Shown piece by piece: positions 16,002 to 25,663 of a stretch of DNA of 38,591 bases. The position numbers and the translations under genes are program-made. The DNA is from Candidatus Methylomirabilia bacterium (GTDB taxonomy: Bacteria; Methylomirabilota; Methylomirabilia; Rokubacteriales; CSP1-6): positions 1-38,591 of the forward strand of contig JBGQHJ010000028.1 in NCBI GenBank assembly GCA_041497895.1, in the 5' to 3' direction. Within the stretch, counting starts at the first letter, position 1. Every line of letters begins with the position of its first letter. A model generated the notes under the pieces. It was not told the origin of the DNA. It searched no databases and saw only the letters and a program-made list of their open reading frames with translations.

Positions 16002-17216
16002 TCACGCGGGCTTGCCCTGCGCGATCACGCCGGCCTGGAGCAGGCGGGCGATCTCCGCCTCCTCGAGGCCCGCCTCGCGGAGGACCGCGGTGGTGTGCTC
16101 GCCGATGCCCGGCGCCATGGTGGCGGGCGCCTTGTCCTGGCCGCCGATCCACAGCGGACTGCTCACCGTGAGCCGCGCCCCGGCGCGCGGGTCGTCGATC
16201 GGCACCAGGGCGGCGCTGTCTCGCATCTGCGCGTCGTGGGGAATGTCGTCCAGCGTGCCGACCACGCCGAAGGCGATGCCGCTCGCCTCCAGCACCCGAC
16301 GCCAGTCCGCCCAGTCGCGCTCGCCGAACAGCGCGTCGAGGATCGCGATCAGGGCCCGGGCGTTGCCGCGGCGGGCGGTGGGCGTCGCGAACCGCGGGTC
16401 GGCGAAGAGGTCCGGCCGGCCGATCGCCGTGGTGAAGTCCTCCCAGCGCCGGCCGTCCGGGGTCAGGGCGATGAGGAACCAGCGGCCGTCGCGACAGCGG
16501 TAGAGATTGCCCAGGGCGTCGACCGCCTCCTCGCGGGGCGGGCGGACCACGGTGCGGGCGCCGCACAGGATGCCCTGGACCGCGATCGCGTTGAGCCAGA
16601 GCCCGTTGGCGAGGAGCGATGTCGAGACCATCGCGCCCCGGCCGGTGCGCTCCCGCTGGTACAGCGCGGCCATGATCGCGCCGAAGAGCGACATCCCGGT
16701 CGGATGGTCGCCCATGCCGGGCAGCGAGCGCGACGGGGGCGCCTCGGGCGATGGCCGGACGAGATCCATCAGCCCGGTGCGGGCCCACAGGGCGGTGCTG
16801 TCGAAGCCGGGCCGGCTGGCCTCGGCACCGGTCTCGCCGTAGGCGGTGACCGAGCCGTAGATCAGCCGGGCGTTGAGCGGGGAGAGATCCTCCCAGCGAA
16901 CGCCGAGGCGGGCCCGCCCGTCGAGCGGCACGTTGGTGACGAACACGTCGGCGCTCCGCACGAGGCGATGGAGCACGCGCCGGCCGTCCTCGACGCGGAG
17001 GTCGAGGGCCAGGCTGCGCTTGTTCCGGTTGTCGACGATCCAGGGGAAGTTGTAGGGGCTGGGCGGGTAGCCCGCGTTGCGAAGGCGGTAGGTGTCGCCG
17101 CCGGGCGGCTCGATCTTGATGACATCGGCGCCGAAGTCGGCCATCGTGGTGGCGGCCACCGGCCCCGCGATGAAGCTCGCGGCGTCGATCACCCGGATGC
17201 CGTCGAGCAGTCTCAC
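16002..17216 (-). CDS. CaiB/BaiF (family III) CoA-transferase
   Basis: LDGIRVIDAASFIAGP...DFGADVIKIEPPGGD...NRNKRSLALDL and GMGDHPTG. GTG start overlaps the upstream TGA. Confidence 0.93.
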   Translation of the reverse strand: MRLLDGIRVIDAASFIAGPVAATTMADFGADVIKIEPPGGDTYRLRNAGYPPSPYNFPWIVDNRNKRSLALDLRVEDGRRVLHRLVRSADVFVTNVPLDGRARLGVRWEDLSPLNARLIYGSVTAYGETGAEASRPGFDSTALWARTGLMDLVRPSPEAPPSRSLPGMGDHPTGMSLFGAIMAALYQRERTGRGAMVSTSLLANGLWLNAIAVQGILCGARTVVRPPREEAVDALGNLYRCRDGRWFLIALTPDGRRWEDFTTAIGRPDLFADPRFATPTARRGNARALIAILDALFGERDWADWRRVLEASGIAFGVVGTLDDIPHDAQMRDSAALVPIDDPRAGARLTVSSPLWIGGQDKAPATMAPGIGEHTTAVLREAGLEEAEIARLLQAGVIAQGKPA

Positions 17217-18010
17217 GATCGCTCCAGCAGGAAGTCGACGATCAGGTCGCGCACGCATGCGAACATGTCGCTGCCGGTGCTGGTGGCGCACCCGCGCTCG
17301 CGCGCGGCCCGGATCAGCGGGGGCACCGCCGGGACGGTGACGACGTCGCCCACGAACGTGCCGGCGGCCAGGTGCTCCACCTGCACCGGGTCGGGATCGC
17401 CGGGCCGCATGCCGAGCGGGGTGGCATTGCACACGAGGTCGTGACCGCGCGGGTCGGTCGACCCGACCGTGATCCGCGCGCGCCCGTACGCCTCGAGCCG
17501 GCGACGGAGGGCATCGCGGCGGGACGCGTCGACGTCGTGGAGGGCCAGCTCGGCCACGCCGGCGTCGACCAGCGCGTGCGCGATGGCCGAACCGGCCCCG
17601 CCCGCGCCCACCAGCAGGGCGCGGCGACCGGCGGGCGCGCCGCCGGCCCGAGTCACCGCCTCGACGAAGCCGGCGCCGTCGCACATGTCGCCGAACCAGC
17701 CGCCGGTCAGGTCGCGACGCATCACGTTGACGGCTCCGATCGATCGCGCGCGGCCGGTGCAGCCGGCGCACGCGGCGGCCGCCGCGAACTTGTGGGGCAC
17801 GGTGGCGATGAGGCCGTCGACGTTGCGGGCCCGGGTGGCCACCCCGACGAAGTCGGCGAAGTCGGCCGCGGTGACGTGGACGGGGACCACGATCGCGTCG
17901 ACGCCTCGCCCACGCAGGGCGGCGGTCACGCCCTCCGGCGCCTTCACCTGCGCGATCGGATCCCCGGCGATGAAGACGACGCGGGTCGCCCCGCTGAGCC
18001 CCTCGAGCAT
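17213..18010 (-). CDS. Shikimate/quinate dehydrogenase-like protein (AroE/YdiB family)
   Basis: Motifs GDPIAQVKAP, TVPHK, GAVN, DGAGF, LVGAGGAG and NATPLGM. Confidence 0.9.
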   Translation of the reverse strand: MLEGLSGATRVVFIAGDPIAQVKAPEGVTAALRGRGVDAIVVPVHVTAADFADFVGVATRARNVDGLIATVPHKFAAAAACAGCTGRARSIGAVNVMRRDLTGGWFGDMCDGAGFVEAVTRAGGAPAGRRALLVGAGGAGSAIAHALVDAGVAELALHDVDASRRDALRRRLEAYGRARITVGSTDPRGHDLVCNATPLGMRPGDPDPVQVEHLAAGTFVGDVVTVPAVPPLIRAARERGCATSTGSDMFACVRDLIVDFLLERS

Positions 18011-18014
18011 CGCC

Positions 18015-19115
18015 TCAGCCCTCGCGCGCGGCTCCCTGCTCGACCGCGTTCCGCAGGAGCGCGGCTCCGCGGTAGACGCCGTGCACGAACTTGCTGTAGG
18101 GCATCACCACGAACAGGGCCAGGACCGAGCCGAGGTGCACCGCGAGCAGCGTGCCCATCGCGGTGGTCGCGCGAAGGGCCAGGAGCACCAGCCCGGTCAC
18201 CGCGGTCAGCAGGATGAGGAGGATGAAGGCGAAGTCGGTCCCGAGCAGGCGGGGGGCGCCGGGCTCGGGGTCCGCGGCGATCTTGAACCAGAGCATGCCC
18301 GCGGTCCCGACGATCATGCCGAGACCGCCCACCGCGCCGAGCAGCACCGGCAGGCTCGCGAGGGGAAAGGGCGAGAGCCGGCCCAGCACGTGCTCGTAGA
18401 AGGCGGCGACGGTGGTCGAGGCGAAGCAGAGCGCGAAGCCGTAGAAGAGCGCGTGGTGCAGCCAGCGCCGCGCCTGGGAGAAGCCTTCGTCCTTCTCGTT
18501 GCATCCGTCGCCGCCGCCCCCCAGGTTGCGCAGGGTGGCCACGTCGCCCAGGGCCCGGAGCCACGCCCGCGGGCCGGGGAACGGCCCGGACCCGGTGCCC
18601 CGCCAGTAGCGGAGCGCGCCCACGAGCAGGGCCAGGATCGAGAACGAGAAGGTGGCCGCCGCCACGGAGACCATGGCCCAGGACGGGATCACCACGTAGA
18701 AGGCTCCCGGCGCGGTGTGCACGCCGTAGAGCACCGCCGGATCGCGCAGCAGGCCGGTCGCGAGCAGCAGCAGCGCGATGCCGAGGGCGACCGCGAGCGC
18801 CACCACCGTGCCGTTCCTCCGGAAGAGACCGGCCAGGAAGCCGGGCCAGGCGTACTCCTCCCAGGTCTCGGCGCGCAGCTCGGCCAGCGTGCGCGGCAGG
18901 TTGATGCCGAACTCGTGCGGCGGCGCGTACTGGCAGGCGTAGAAGCAGGCGCGGCAGTTGTGGCAGAGGTTCGCGAGGTAGGTGAGATCACCGCCCGAGA
19001 ACTCCCGCCGCAGCTCCATCGCCGGGAAGACGGCGCAGAACCCCTCGCAGTAGCGGCAGGCGTTGCAGACCTGCATGGCGCGGCTCGCGTCCTGCAGGGC
19101 CACGCTAGCGCGCAT
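18015..19115 (-). CDS. tcuB: Tricarballylate utilisation 4Fe-4S membrane protein TcuB
   Basis: CNACRYCEGFCAVFPAM, YLANLCHNCRACFYACQYAPPHEFGINLP and PYSKFVHG, with TM helices. Confidence 0.93.
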   Translation of the reverse strand: MRASVALQDASRAMQVCNACRYCEGFCAVFPAMELRREFSGGDLTYLANLCHNCRACFYACQYAPPHEFGINLPRTLAELRAETWEEYAWPGFLAGLFRRNGTVVALAVALGIALLLLATGLLRDPAVLYGVHTAPGAFYVVIPSWAMVSVAAATFSFSILALLVGALRYWRGTGSGPFPGPRAWLRALGDVATLRNLGGGGDGCNEKDEGFSQARRWLHHALFYGFALCFASTTVAAFYEHVLGRLSPFPLASLPVLLGAVGGLGMIVGTAGMLWFKIAADPEPGAPRLLGTDFAFILLILLTAVTGLVLLALRATTAMGTLLAVHLGSVLALFVVMPYSKFVHGVYRGAALLRNAVEQGAAREG

Positions 19116-20499
19116 GGGCGGCGGCCTCCCGGCCGGCGATCCGGCCGAACACGGTTCCGATGGTCATGCCGAAGCCGGCCAGGTAGCCCTTGCCGAGGAT
19201 GTTGCCGGCCATGATCTCGCCGGCCGCCCACAGGTTGGCCACCGGCCGGCCGTCCTCCATCAGCACGCGAGCGCACTCGTCGACGCCCACGCCCAGATAG
19301 GTGAAGGTGATGCCCGGGCGCAGCGGGTAGCCGAGAAACGGCGGCGTGTCGATGGCCCGGGCCCAGTGCGTCTTGGGCGGCGTGAGCCCCGCGGTGGCAC
19401 AGTCGTCGAGGGCGTTGCCGTCGAAGCGGCCCGGCCTCACCGCCGCGTTGAACTCCCTCACGGTCGATTCGAGCGCACCCGGGTCGAGGCCCAGCGCGCG
19501 GGCCAGCTCGCCGATCGACCCGGCCCGGATCGCCGGGAAGACCGATGGCATGAAGAGCCGCTCGGCCTTGGTGTCGATGATCGAGTAGGCGATCTGCCCC
19601 GGCTGCTGCGCGACCAGGCGGCCCCAGATGGCGTAGCGTTTCGGCCACAGGTCCTCGCCCTCGTCGTAGAAGCGCTTGCCGTGACGGTCGACCACGATGC
19701 TGAAGGGGATGCAGTCGAGGCGGGTCACGATGCCGCCGTCGAAGCGGGGGGCGCGCGCGTCGATGGCCACCGCGTGGCACTGGGTCGGGTCGCCCACCGC
19801 GGCCACACCCTGGTCGAGCAGGTTGCGCAGGATGCGCCCGCGCGCGTAGGGCGTGCCCCGGATGAGGAAGTTCTCGGCCGCCTCGCCCCAGTACTGCTTG
19901 AGCCATTCGATATTGCCCTGGAACCCGCCGGAGGACGCGACGACCGAGGTGGCCCGCACCGTCTCCGGAAAACCCTTGCTGCTCAGCACGGCCTGCTGGA
20001 CCCGGCGGTTCTCGATCACCAGCGACTGGACTTCCGTATCGTAGAGGACGTCGACCTCCAGGCGCTCGGCGGTGCGGTAGTAGGCGTTGACCAGGGCCTT
20101 GCCGCCGCCGAGGAAGAAGGCGTTGGTGCGGGAGAGGTTCAGGGTGCCGGTGAGCGACGGCTGGAAGCGGACGCCGCGCGCTTCCATCCATGCGGTCGCC
20201 TCCGCGGAGGCGCGGATCGTCATGCGAGCGAGGGCCTCGTTGGTGGCGCCACCGGTCACCCGGCGAAGGTCGTCCCAGTACTCGGCCTCCGCATACGCGT
20301 CGGTCAAGACGGAGGTGGGCGCGGGGTGCATGGCCCGCAGGTTGCGGGTGTGGCGGCTGTTGCCACCACGCATCGCCGGGGGCGCGTGCTCCACCTGGAG
20401 ACCGCGCGCGCCCGCCTCCCGCGCGGTGATCGCGGCGCAGAGGGCGGCGTTTCCACCGCCGATCACCAGCACGTCGTACGGGCGGGTCAGGTCGGCCAT
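19105..20499 (-). CDS. tcuA: FAD-dependent tricarballylate dehydrogenase TcuA
   Basis: DVLVIGGGNAALCAA, RGGNSRHTRNLR, FFLGGGKALVNAYY, FYDEGEDLWPKRYAIWG and GEIMAGNILGKGYLAG. Adjacent to tcuB. Confidence 0.93.
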   Translation of the reverse strand: MADLTRPYDVLVIGGGNAALCAAITAREAGARGLQVEHAPPAMRGGNSRHTRNLRAMHPAPTSVLTDAYAEAEYWDDLRRVTGGATNEALARMTIRASAEATAWMEARGVRFQPSLTGTLNLSRTNAFFLGGGKALVNAYYRTAERLEVDVLYDTEVQSLVIENRRVQQAVLSSKGFPETVRATSVVASSGGFQGNIEWLKQYWGEAAENFLIRGTPYARGRILRNLLDQGVAAVGDPTQCHAVAIDARAPRFDGGIVTRLDCIPFSIVVDRHGKRFYDEGEDLWPKRYAIWGRLVAQQPGQIAYSIIDTKAERLFMPSVFPAIRAGSIGELARALGLDPGALESTVREFNAAVRPGRFDGNALDDCATAGLTPPKTHWARAIDTPPFLGYPLRPGITFTYLGVGVDECARVLMEDGRPVANLWAAGEIMAGNILGKGYLAGFGMTIGTVFGRIAGREAAAHAR

Positions 20500-20566
20500 C
20501 TCATCGCGCCACATCCTCGTCCGCCGGCCGCGGGGTTGTCAAGGCGCGGCCGGCGCGAGGCTGCGC

Positions 20567-21976
20567 TCACGCCCGCGCCGACGGCTCCGGCGGTCGACGG
20601 CTCTTCCAGTCGGTGCCCTGCTCGTATGCCCACCCGATGCGGAGCGCGGTCGCCTCGTCGCCCGCGTGGGCCACGATCTGGAGCGAGAGCGGCAGGCCTT
20701 CGCCGGTGAACCCGTTCGGCACCGCGAGCCCGCAGAGCCCCAGGTAGTTCACCGGTCGCGTGAAGTGGGCCGCGGTGCCGCCCTGGTCCGCCTTCTCGAT
20801 CGGGATCGGCGGCGTGAGGGCGGTCGGGGTCAGCAGCGCGTCGACATCGGCCAGCGCCGCCTCGACCGCGCGACGATGGGTCTCGCGCTCCGCGAGCGCG
20901 AGCAGGTAGTCGCGCGCCGACACCCCGCGGCCGATCTGGATGCGTGGGCGCACGTGCGGGTCGACGGGCTGGCTCTCGTCGTCGACCAGGTGCCCGACGA
21001 AGCGGTAGCCCTCGGCCCCGATGATGCGCCCGGTGGCGGCCGCGTAATCGCTGAAGCGGTGCGGTAGCGTGACCCGGACCACCTGGGCCCCGAGCCGAGC
21101 GAGCGCGTCCACCGAGGCGTCGTAGGCGGCGAGCACCTCGCGATCGACCCCGGTCCGCTCGACGTCGGGCATGACCGCGATGCGCAGGCCCGCGACGCCG
21201 CGGCGCAGGGTGGGCAGAGGATCGGCCGCGGTCCACGGCAGCGTCTGGGGATCGCGCGGGTCGGGACCGTTCAGCAGCCGGAAGAGGAGCGCGGCGTCCT
21301 CGACCGAGCGCGCCATCGGCCCCGGCGTGTCGAGCGTGAAGGAGAGCGGCAGCACCCCGTGGGTGCTGATGCGTCCCGCCGTCACCTTCAGGCCGACGAT
21401 CCCGCACCAGGCGGCGGGCAGGCGCACCGAGCCTCCGGTATCGGTGCCGATGGCGATCGGCGTGAGGCCCGCCGCCACCGCCACCCCCGAGCCGCTGGAG
21501 GAGCCGCCCGGTGTGCGGTGCACGGCGAGGTCCCACGGGTTCCGGGGTGTCCCCATGTGAGTGTTGGTACCCCAGCTGCCCATGGCGAACTCCACGGTGT
21601 GGGTCTTGCCGAGCACGATCATGCCCGCCGCGATGGCCCGCTCCGCGAGCGTGGCGGTGACCGGCGAGATCCGCTTGGCCCAGACCTTCGAGCCACCGGT
21701 CGTCACGCGGCCCTCGAGGTCGACCAGGTCTTTGAGGGCGATGGGCACACCGTGGAGCGGGCCCACGCGGTGGCCGGAGCGGATCGCGCGGTCGGCGCCC
21801 TCGGCGGCGAGCCGGGCGTCGTCCGCGTACACCGCGATGAAGGCGTGGAGCGCGGGGTTGCGACGCTGGATGCGCTCGAGGAGGGCTTCCACCGCCTCGA
21901 CCGGGGACAGGGTCCGCGCGCCGAAGGCCTGCGACAGCTGGGCGACGCCCGCCCATACGGGATCGATCCTGGTCAT
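20567..21976 (-). CDS. Amidase signature family protein (GatA-like)
   Basis: GPLHGVPIALKDL, TPGGSSSGSG and IGTDTGGSVRLPAAWCGIVGLK. Confidence 0.93.
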   Translation of the reverse strand: MTRIDPVWAGVAQLSQAFGARTLSPVEAVEALLERIQRRNPALHAFIAVYADDARLAAEGADRAIRSGHRVGPLHGVPIALKDLVDLEGRVTTGGSKVWAKRISPVTATLAERAIAAGMIVLGKTHTVEFAMGSWGTNTHMGTPRNPWDLAVHRTPGGSSSGSGVAVAAGLTPIAIGTDTGGSVRLPAAWCGIVGLKVTAGRISTHGVLPLSFTLDTPGPMARSVEDAALLFRLLNGPDPRDPQTLPWTAADPLPTLRRGVAGLRIAVMPDVERTGVDREVLAAYDASVDALARLGAQVVRVTLPHRFSDYAAATGRIIGAEGYRFVGHLVDDESQPVDPHVRPRIQIGRGVSARDYLLALAERETHRRAVEAALADVDALLTPTALTPPIPIEKADQGGTAAHFTRPVNYLGLCGLAVPNGFTGEGLPLSLQIVAHAGDEATALRIGWAYEQGTDWKSRRPPEPSARA

Positions 21977-23193
21977 GTCGGTCTCTCCGGAACGCGCTTG
22001 TCCGAGACGATGCGCCCCTCCTTGAGGACGAGGAGCAGTCGACGCAGGTTGGTGATGTGCTCGAGCGGGTTCGCGGCCACCACGATCAGGTCCGCGAGCT
22101 TGCCGGGCTCGATGGTGCCGAGATCGTCGCCCACGCCGCAGAGCGCGGCCGCGTGGCGCGTGGCGGCCAGCAGCGCCTGCCACGGGGTGGCGCCCGCGGC
22201 CACCCACAGGCCCAGCTCGAGGAGGGCGGCGTCTTTCAACGGGCGGATGTCGGAGCCGAGCGCCATCGGGACGCCCGCGTCCAGGGCGCGGCGGAAGGCC
22301 TCCCGGTGCGGCTCGGCGGCGGTGTCCGCGCGCCGGCAGAGATCCGGGGCGAGGTTGCGCTGCTCCACCCAGCGCTTCTCCCACGGGTCGCGGGCCTGAT
22401 CCGGCGTCAGGTGCGTGATGGCGAGCGTCGGCACGTACCAGGTGCCGTGCACGTGCAGGGCGTCGATGCAGGCCGCGTCCATGATGTAGCCGTGCTCGAC
22501 GCTGTGCGCGCCCAGGCGGGCCGCGGCCACCACCGTCTCCGGGTTCGCGGCGTGCGCCATGACCCGGAAGCCGCGCTTGCGGCAGATCGTGAACGCGGCC
22601 TCGAGCTCCTCGTCGAGGAGGAACGACTGCGAGTGGCGGTCCCACGCCGGGCCCATGATGCCGCCGGTCAGGTTCAGCTTGATGTGGTCGACGCCGTTCT
22701 TGATCTGCTCGCGGATCGCGCGCACGAAGCCGTAGGGCCCGTCACACTCCCGCGCGTGGCCGGAGGTGAGGAAGTGGCCGCCGGTCGTGGTCAGGAAGTA
22801 TCCGGCCGCGAACACCCGGGGGCCCACGTACTGGCCCACGTCGAAGGCCCGCTTCCAGGCCACATCCATGAAGTGGGCGGCTCCCGCGCAGCGCACGCCG
22901 ATCACGCCGCTCTCGGTCAGGGCCTCCATCAGGCGATGGCCGAAGATCGCGGTCTGCTCGGCGACGGAGGCGCCGGTGGACGCCAGGTAGTCGGGATGGA
23001 TGTGGACGTCCCACAGCCCGGGCAGGAGATAGGCGCCGCCGAGATCGATGACCTCGGCGTTCCGCGTGTCGGGCGATCGGTCGGCCGCGAGTACCTCCAC
23101 GATGCGGCCACGGTCGATGACGACGCTGGCGCCGGGAACGGGGCGGGGCGTGACGCAGTCGATCACCGTCGCATTGGTCAGCACGTGTCGCAT
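21973..23193 (-). CDS. Metal-dependent amidohydrolase (Xaa-Pro dipeptidase-like)
   Basis: LLPGLWDVHIH, GVDHIKL, VMAHA, SVEHG, LGSD and GTIEPGKLADL. Confidence 0.92.
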   Translation of the reverse strand: MRHVLTNATVIDCVTPRPVPGASVVIDRGRIVEVLAADRSPDTRNAEVIDLGGAYLLPGLWDVHIHPDYLASTGASVAEQTAIFGHRLMEALTESGVIGVRCAGAAHFMDVAWKRAFDVGQYVGPRVFAAGYFLTTTGGHFLTSGHARECDGPYGFVRAIREQIKNGVDHIKLNLTGGIMGPAWDRHSQSFLLDEELEAAFTICRKRGFRVMAHAANPETVVAAARLGAHSVEHGYIMDAACIDALHVHGTWYVPTLAITHLTPDQARDPWEKRWVEQRNLAPDLCRRADTAAEPHREAFRRALDAGVPMALGSDIRPLKDAALLELGLWVAAGATPWQALLAATRHAAALCGVGDDLGTIEPGKLADLIVVAANPLEHITNLRRLLLVLKEGRIVSDKRVPERPT

Positions 23194-23200
23194 CGCGGCG

Positions 23201-23264
23201 ATCCTGCCAGAGCGCCGCGGACAGGTCAAACCGCTTGACGGCCGGCCGGTGGACCGGCCATGGT
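23201..23264. promoter_or_regulatory. Back-to-back divergent sigma70-like promoters, apparently leaderless
   Basis: Minus strand: TTGACC-17-CAGGAT-7 nt-ATG(23193). Plus strand: TTGACG(23235)-18-CATGGT-6 nt-ATG(23271). Confidence 0.55.
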
Positions 23265-23270
23265 CTCGCC

Positions 23271-24143
23271 ATGGCCGCGCCCGCGAAGGTCCCGGGGTCG
23301 CTGGTGAGCACCCGCACGCGCGACGGCGTGATCCTGGACGGCCTCGCGGTCGAGCCGCGCGGCCGCCGCCGCACCGCGCTGGTCTGGGTGCACGGGCTCG
23401 GGTCGGCGTTCTCCTCGGGGCAGCCGCTTGTCCGCGCGCTGTCGGGGCGGCTCGCGCGCGCCGGCATCGGGTACCTCAAGCTCAACACGCGGGGCCACGA
23501 CACCGTGGCGCGCCACGGCGGGCGCCTGGCCGGCGCGGCCTTCGAGCGCTTCGGCGAGAGCGTGGCGGACATCCGGGCGATGATCGAGCTCGCGTCCGCG
23601 AGCGGGTACCGGCGCGTCGTCCTGGCCGGACACTCGACGGGCGCCAACAAGGTGCTCCACTACGCGGCCCGGGTGCGCGACCGGCGCGTCGCCGGGCTGA
23701 TCCTGCTCGGCCCCGTCGCGGATGTCGCCGGGGAGCGAGTCCGGATCGGCCGGCGCGAGCTCGAGCGCCGGGTGGCCGCGGCGGAGCGGCTGGCCCGTCG
23801 CGACCCCTCGGCCCTCGTGCCCCGCGCCTGGGGCTTCTGGAGCGCGCGCCGCTACCTGAGCCTCTACCGGCCGGGCGGGGCCGAGGACGTCTTCCCGTAC
23901 TACCGGCCGGCGGCCCGGTGGGCCGCGCTCGGGAAGGTCCGCGCGCCGCTGGCGGTGATCATCGGCGGTCGCGACGAGTACCTGGACCGTCGCCCGGCGC
24001 CGCTCGTCGCCGCCTTCGCGCTCAATGCGCGGCGGGCACGGTCGTTCTCGGGGATCGTGGTGCCGGGCGCGCGGCACGGCTTCCGCGGGCACGAGGCCGC
24101 GCTCTCGCGCGAGATCGTCCGCTGGGTCCGGCGGGTGCGGTAG
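23271..24143 (+). CDS. Alpha/beta hydrolase (DUF1749-like)
   Basis: WVHGLGS, nucleophile elbow GHSTG, GGRDEY and GARHGF. Confidence 0.88.
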   Translation: MAAPAKVPGSLVSTRTRDGVILDGLAVEPRGRRRTALVWVHGLGSAFSSGQPLVRALSGRLARAGIGYLKLNTRGHDTVARHGGRLAGAAFERFGESVADIRAMIELASASGYRRVVLAGHSTGANKVLHYAARVRDRRVAGLILLGPVADVAGERVRIGRRELERRVAAAERLARRDPSALVPRAWGFWSARRYLSLYRPGGAEDVFPYYRPAARWAALGKVRAPLAVIIGGRDEYLDRRPAPLVAAFALNARRARSFSGIVVPGARHGFRGHEAALSREIVRWVRRVR

Positions 24144-24165
24144 CGGCCGACGGCGGGTCGCCGGC

Positions 24166-24571
24166 TCAGAGGCGGGCGCGCTGCTCCACCAGCTTCCAGT
24201 AGGTGTCCTTGTGGAGGATCTTGTCGCCGCGAAACTCGTAGATGTCGCAGCCCTGATAGTCGAGCCGCTCCCCGTCGGCCCCGGTGCCGGTCACCATCCA
24301 GATCGAGACCGCCCGGTTGCCGGTCACGAAGTGGTCGATGTGGTCCCAGCGCATGTCGCTGATGACCTTGAACCGGTCGGCGAGCACCTGGCCGATGGCG
24401 GCCTTGCCGCGCACGCGCCGGCCACACGGCTCGGGCCCGCGGGCCATGAGGAAGGTGGCGTCCTCGGCGAAGAAGGCGAGGATGCGGCTCACGTCGCGGC
24501 GGTTGAAGGCCGCGTTGATCTCGAGGAGCAGGGTCGATGCTGGGGCCGCCGGCGGTCGTGGTCTGCGTCAT
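24166..24571 (-). pseudogene. SnoaL/NTF2-like protein with an apparent frameshift near the 5' end
   Basis: The ATG at 24571 (MTQTTTAGG) is out of frame by 1 nt with LLEINAAFNRRDVSRILAFFAED...GCDIYEFRGDKILHKDTYWK. Confidence 0.7.
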
Positions 24572-24603
24572 GGCCGACACTCTGCGCGAGCCGGCGGGCG
24601 AGG

Positions 24604-25500
24604 TCAAGCGCCTCCCCGGCGCGCGGTCTGGCGGCCCACGAAGTCCAGCACGTGGGCGACGCACTTGTCGGTGGCCGGGCTCTCCTGCTGGGCGAAGCCG
24701 TGGCGGGACTCGGGGAAGTGAACGTGCTCGACGCTCCCGCCCGCGCGGCGGTACGCGTCGACGAAGGCCAGGGTGATCGCGGCGGGCACGTTGTCGTCCA
24801 GGTCGGGCTGGGCGACCCACGCGGGCGGGAGCGCGGTGGCCCTGCCCTCGGCGACGATTCGCGTGACGCTCGCGCCCGCCATCGCCGCCTCGTCGGCGAA
24901 GAACGCCCGGTGCGAGGCGATCAGCCGCTTGGCGTCGAAACCCGAGGGCGGCGGGGGCTCATGCTCGCGAGAGAGGGCGTAGCGGTAGCGGGCCAGCGGG
25001 TCGGCGACCGGATAGAGGGCCACCACGAAGGCGACCCCCGCGTCGCGCGGGCTCCCGTCGAGCGCGCCGTCCGGCGTCACGATCGGCGTGCCCGTGGCCT
25101 CGGGGGCGTCGGGCCGCACCGCGTGGAACAGGGCCAGGTGCCCGCCGCTCGAGCTGCCGAGGAGCCCGATCCGCGCCGGATCCACGCCGAGCCGGCCCGC
25201 GTGGGCGCGCGCGTAGCGGACGCCGGCCGCCACGTCGGCGCTCGCGGCCGGGAAGCGATGGTCGGGCGCCTGGCGGAAGTCGATCGCGACGACGACCCGC
25301 CCGGAGGCGGCGAGCGCCTGACACAGGATGACGTCGGCGGTCCGGTCCAGGCGCGCCCAGGCGCCGCCGTGCACGCAGACGACCGCCGCGCGTGGCGCGG
25401 CCGCCGCGCCGGTGGGCCGGTAGATGCGGGCCAGCAGCTCCATCCCGCCCGGGCGCGCGTGGGGCGTGTCGACGACCTCGACCTCGTAGGGGCCGGCCAT
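24604..25500 (-). CDS. Alpha/beta hydrolase (HSL-like esterase)
   Basis: VHGGAW, GSSSGG, DDNVP and HGF. Confidence 0.9.
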   Translation of the reverse strand: MAGPYEVEVVDTPHARPGGMELLARIYRPTGAAAAPRAAVVCVHGGAWARLDRTADVILCQALAASGRVVVAIDFRQAPDHRFPAASADVAAGVRYARAHAGRLGVDPARIGLLGSSSGGHLALFHAVRPDAPEATGTPIVTPDGALDGSPRDAGVAFVVALYPVADPLARYRYALSREHEPPPPSGFDAKRLIASHRAFFADEAAMAGASVTRIVAEGRATALPPAWVAQPDLDDNVPAAITLAFVDAYRRAGGSVEHVHFPESRHGFAQQESPATDKCVAHVLDFVGRQTARRGGA

Positions 25501-25663
25501 GGTGTCAGTCGACCAGGGCGGGCTCGGTGAGCAGCCCGAGGGGGGTGGACACGGCGAGCAGCGCGGTCGTTCTCATGGTCGTCCTCCGGGTCGGCATGCG
25601 GTCCGGCGAGCATAGTAGCACCGAGGCTTGCGCCGCGTCGTCGGGCTGTGCGAGATTGCCGCC

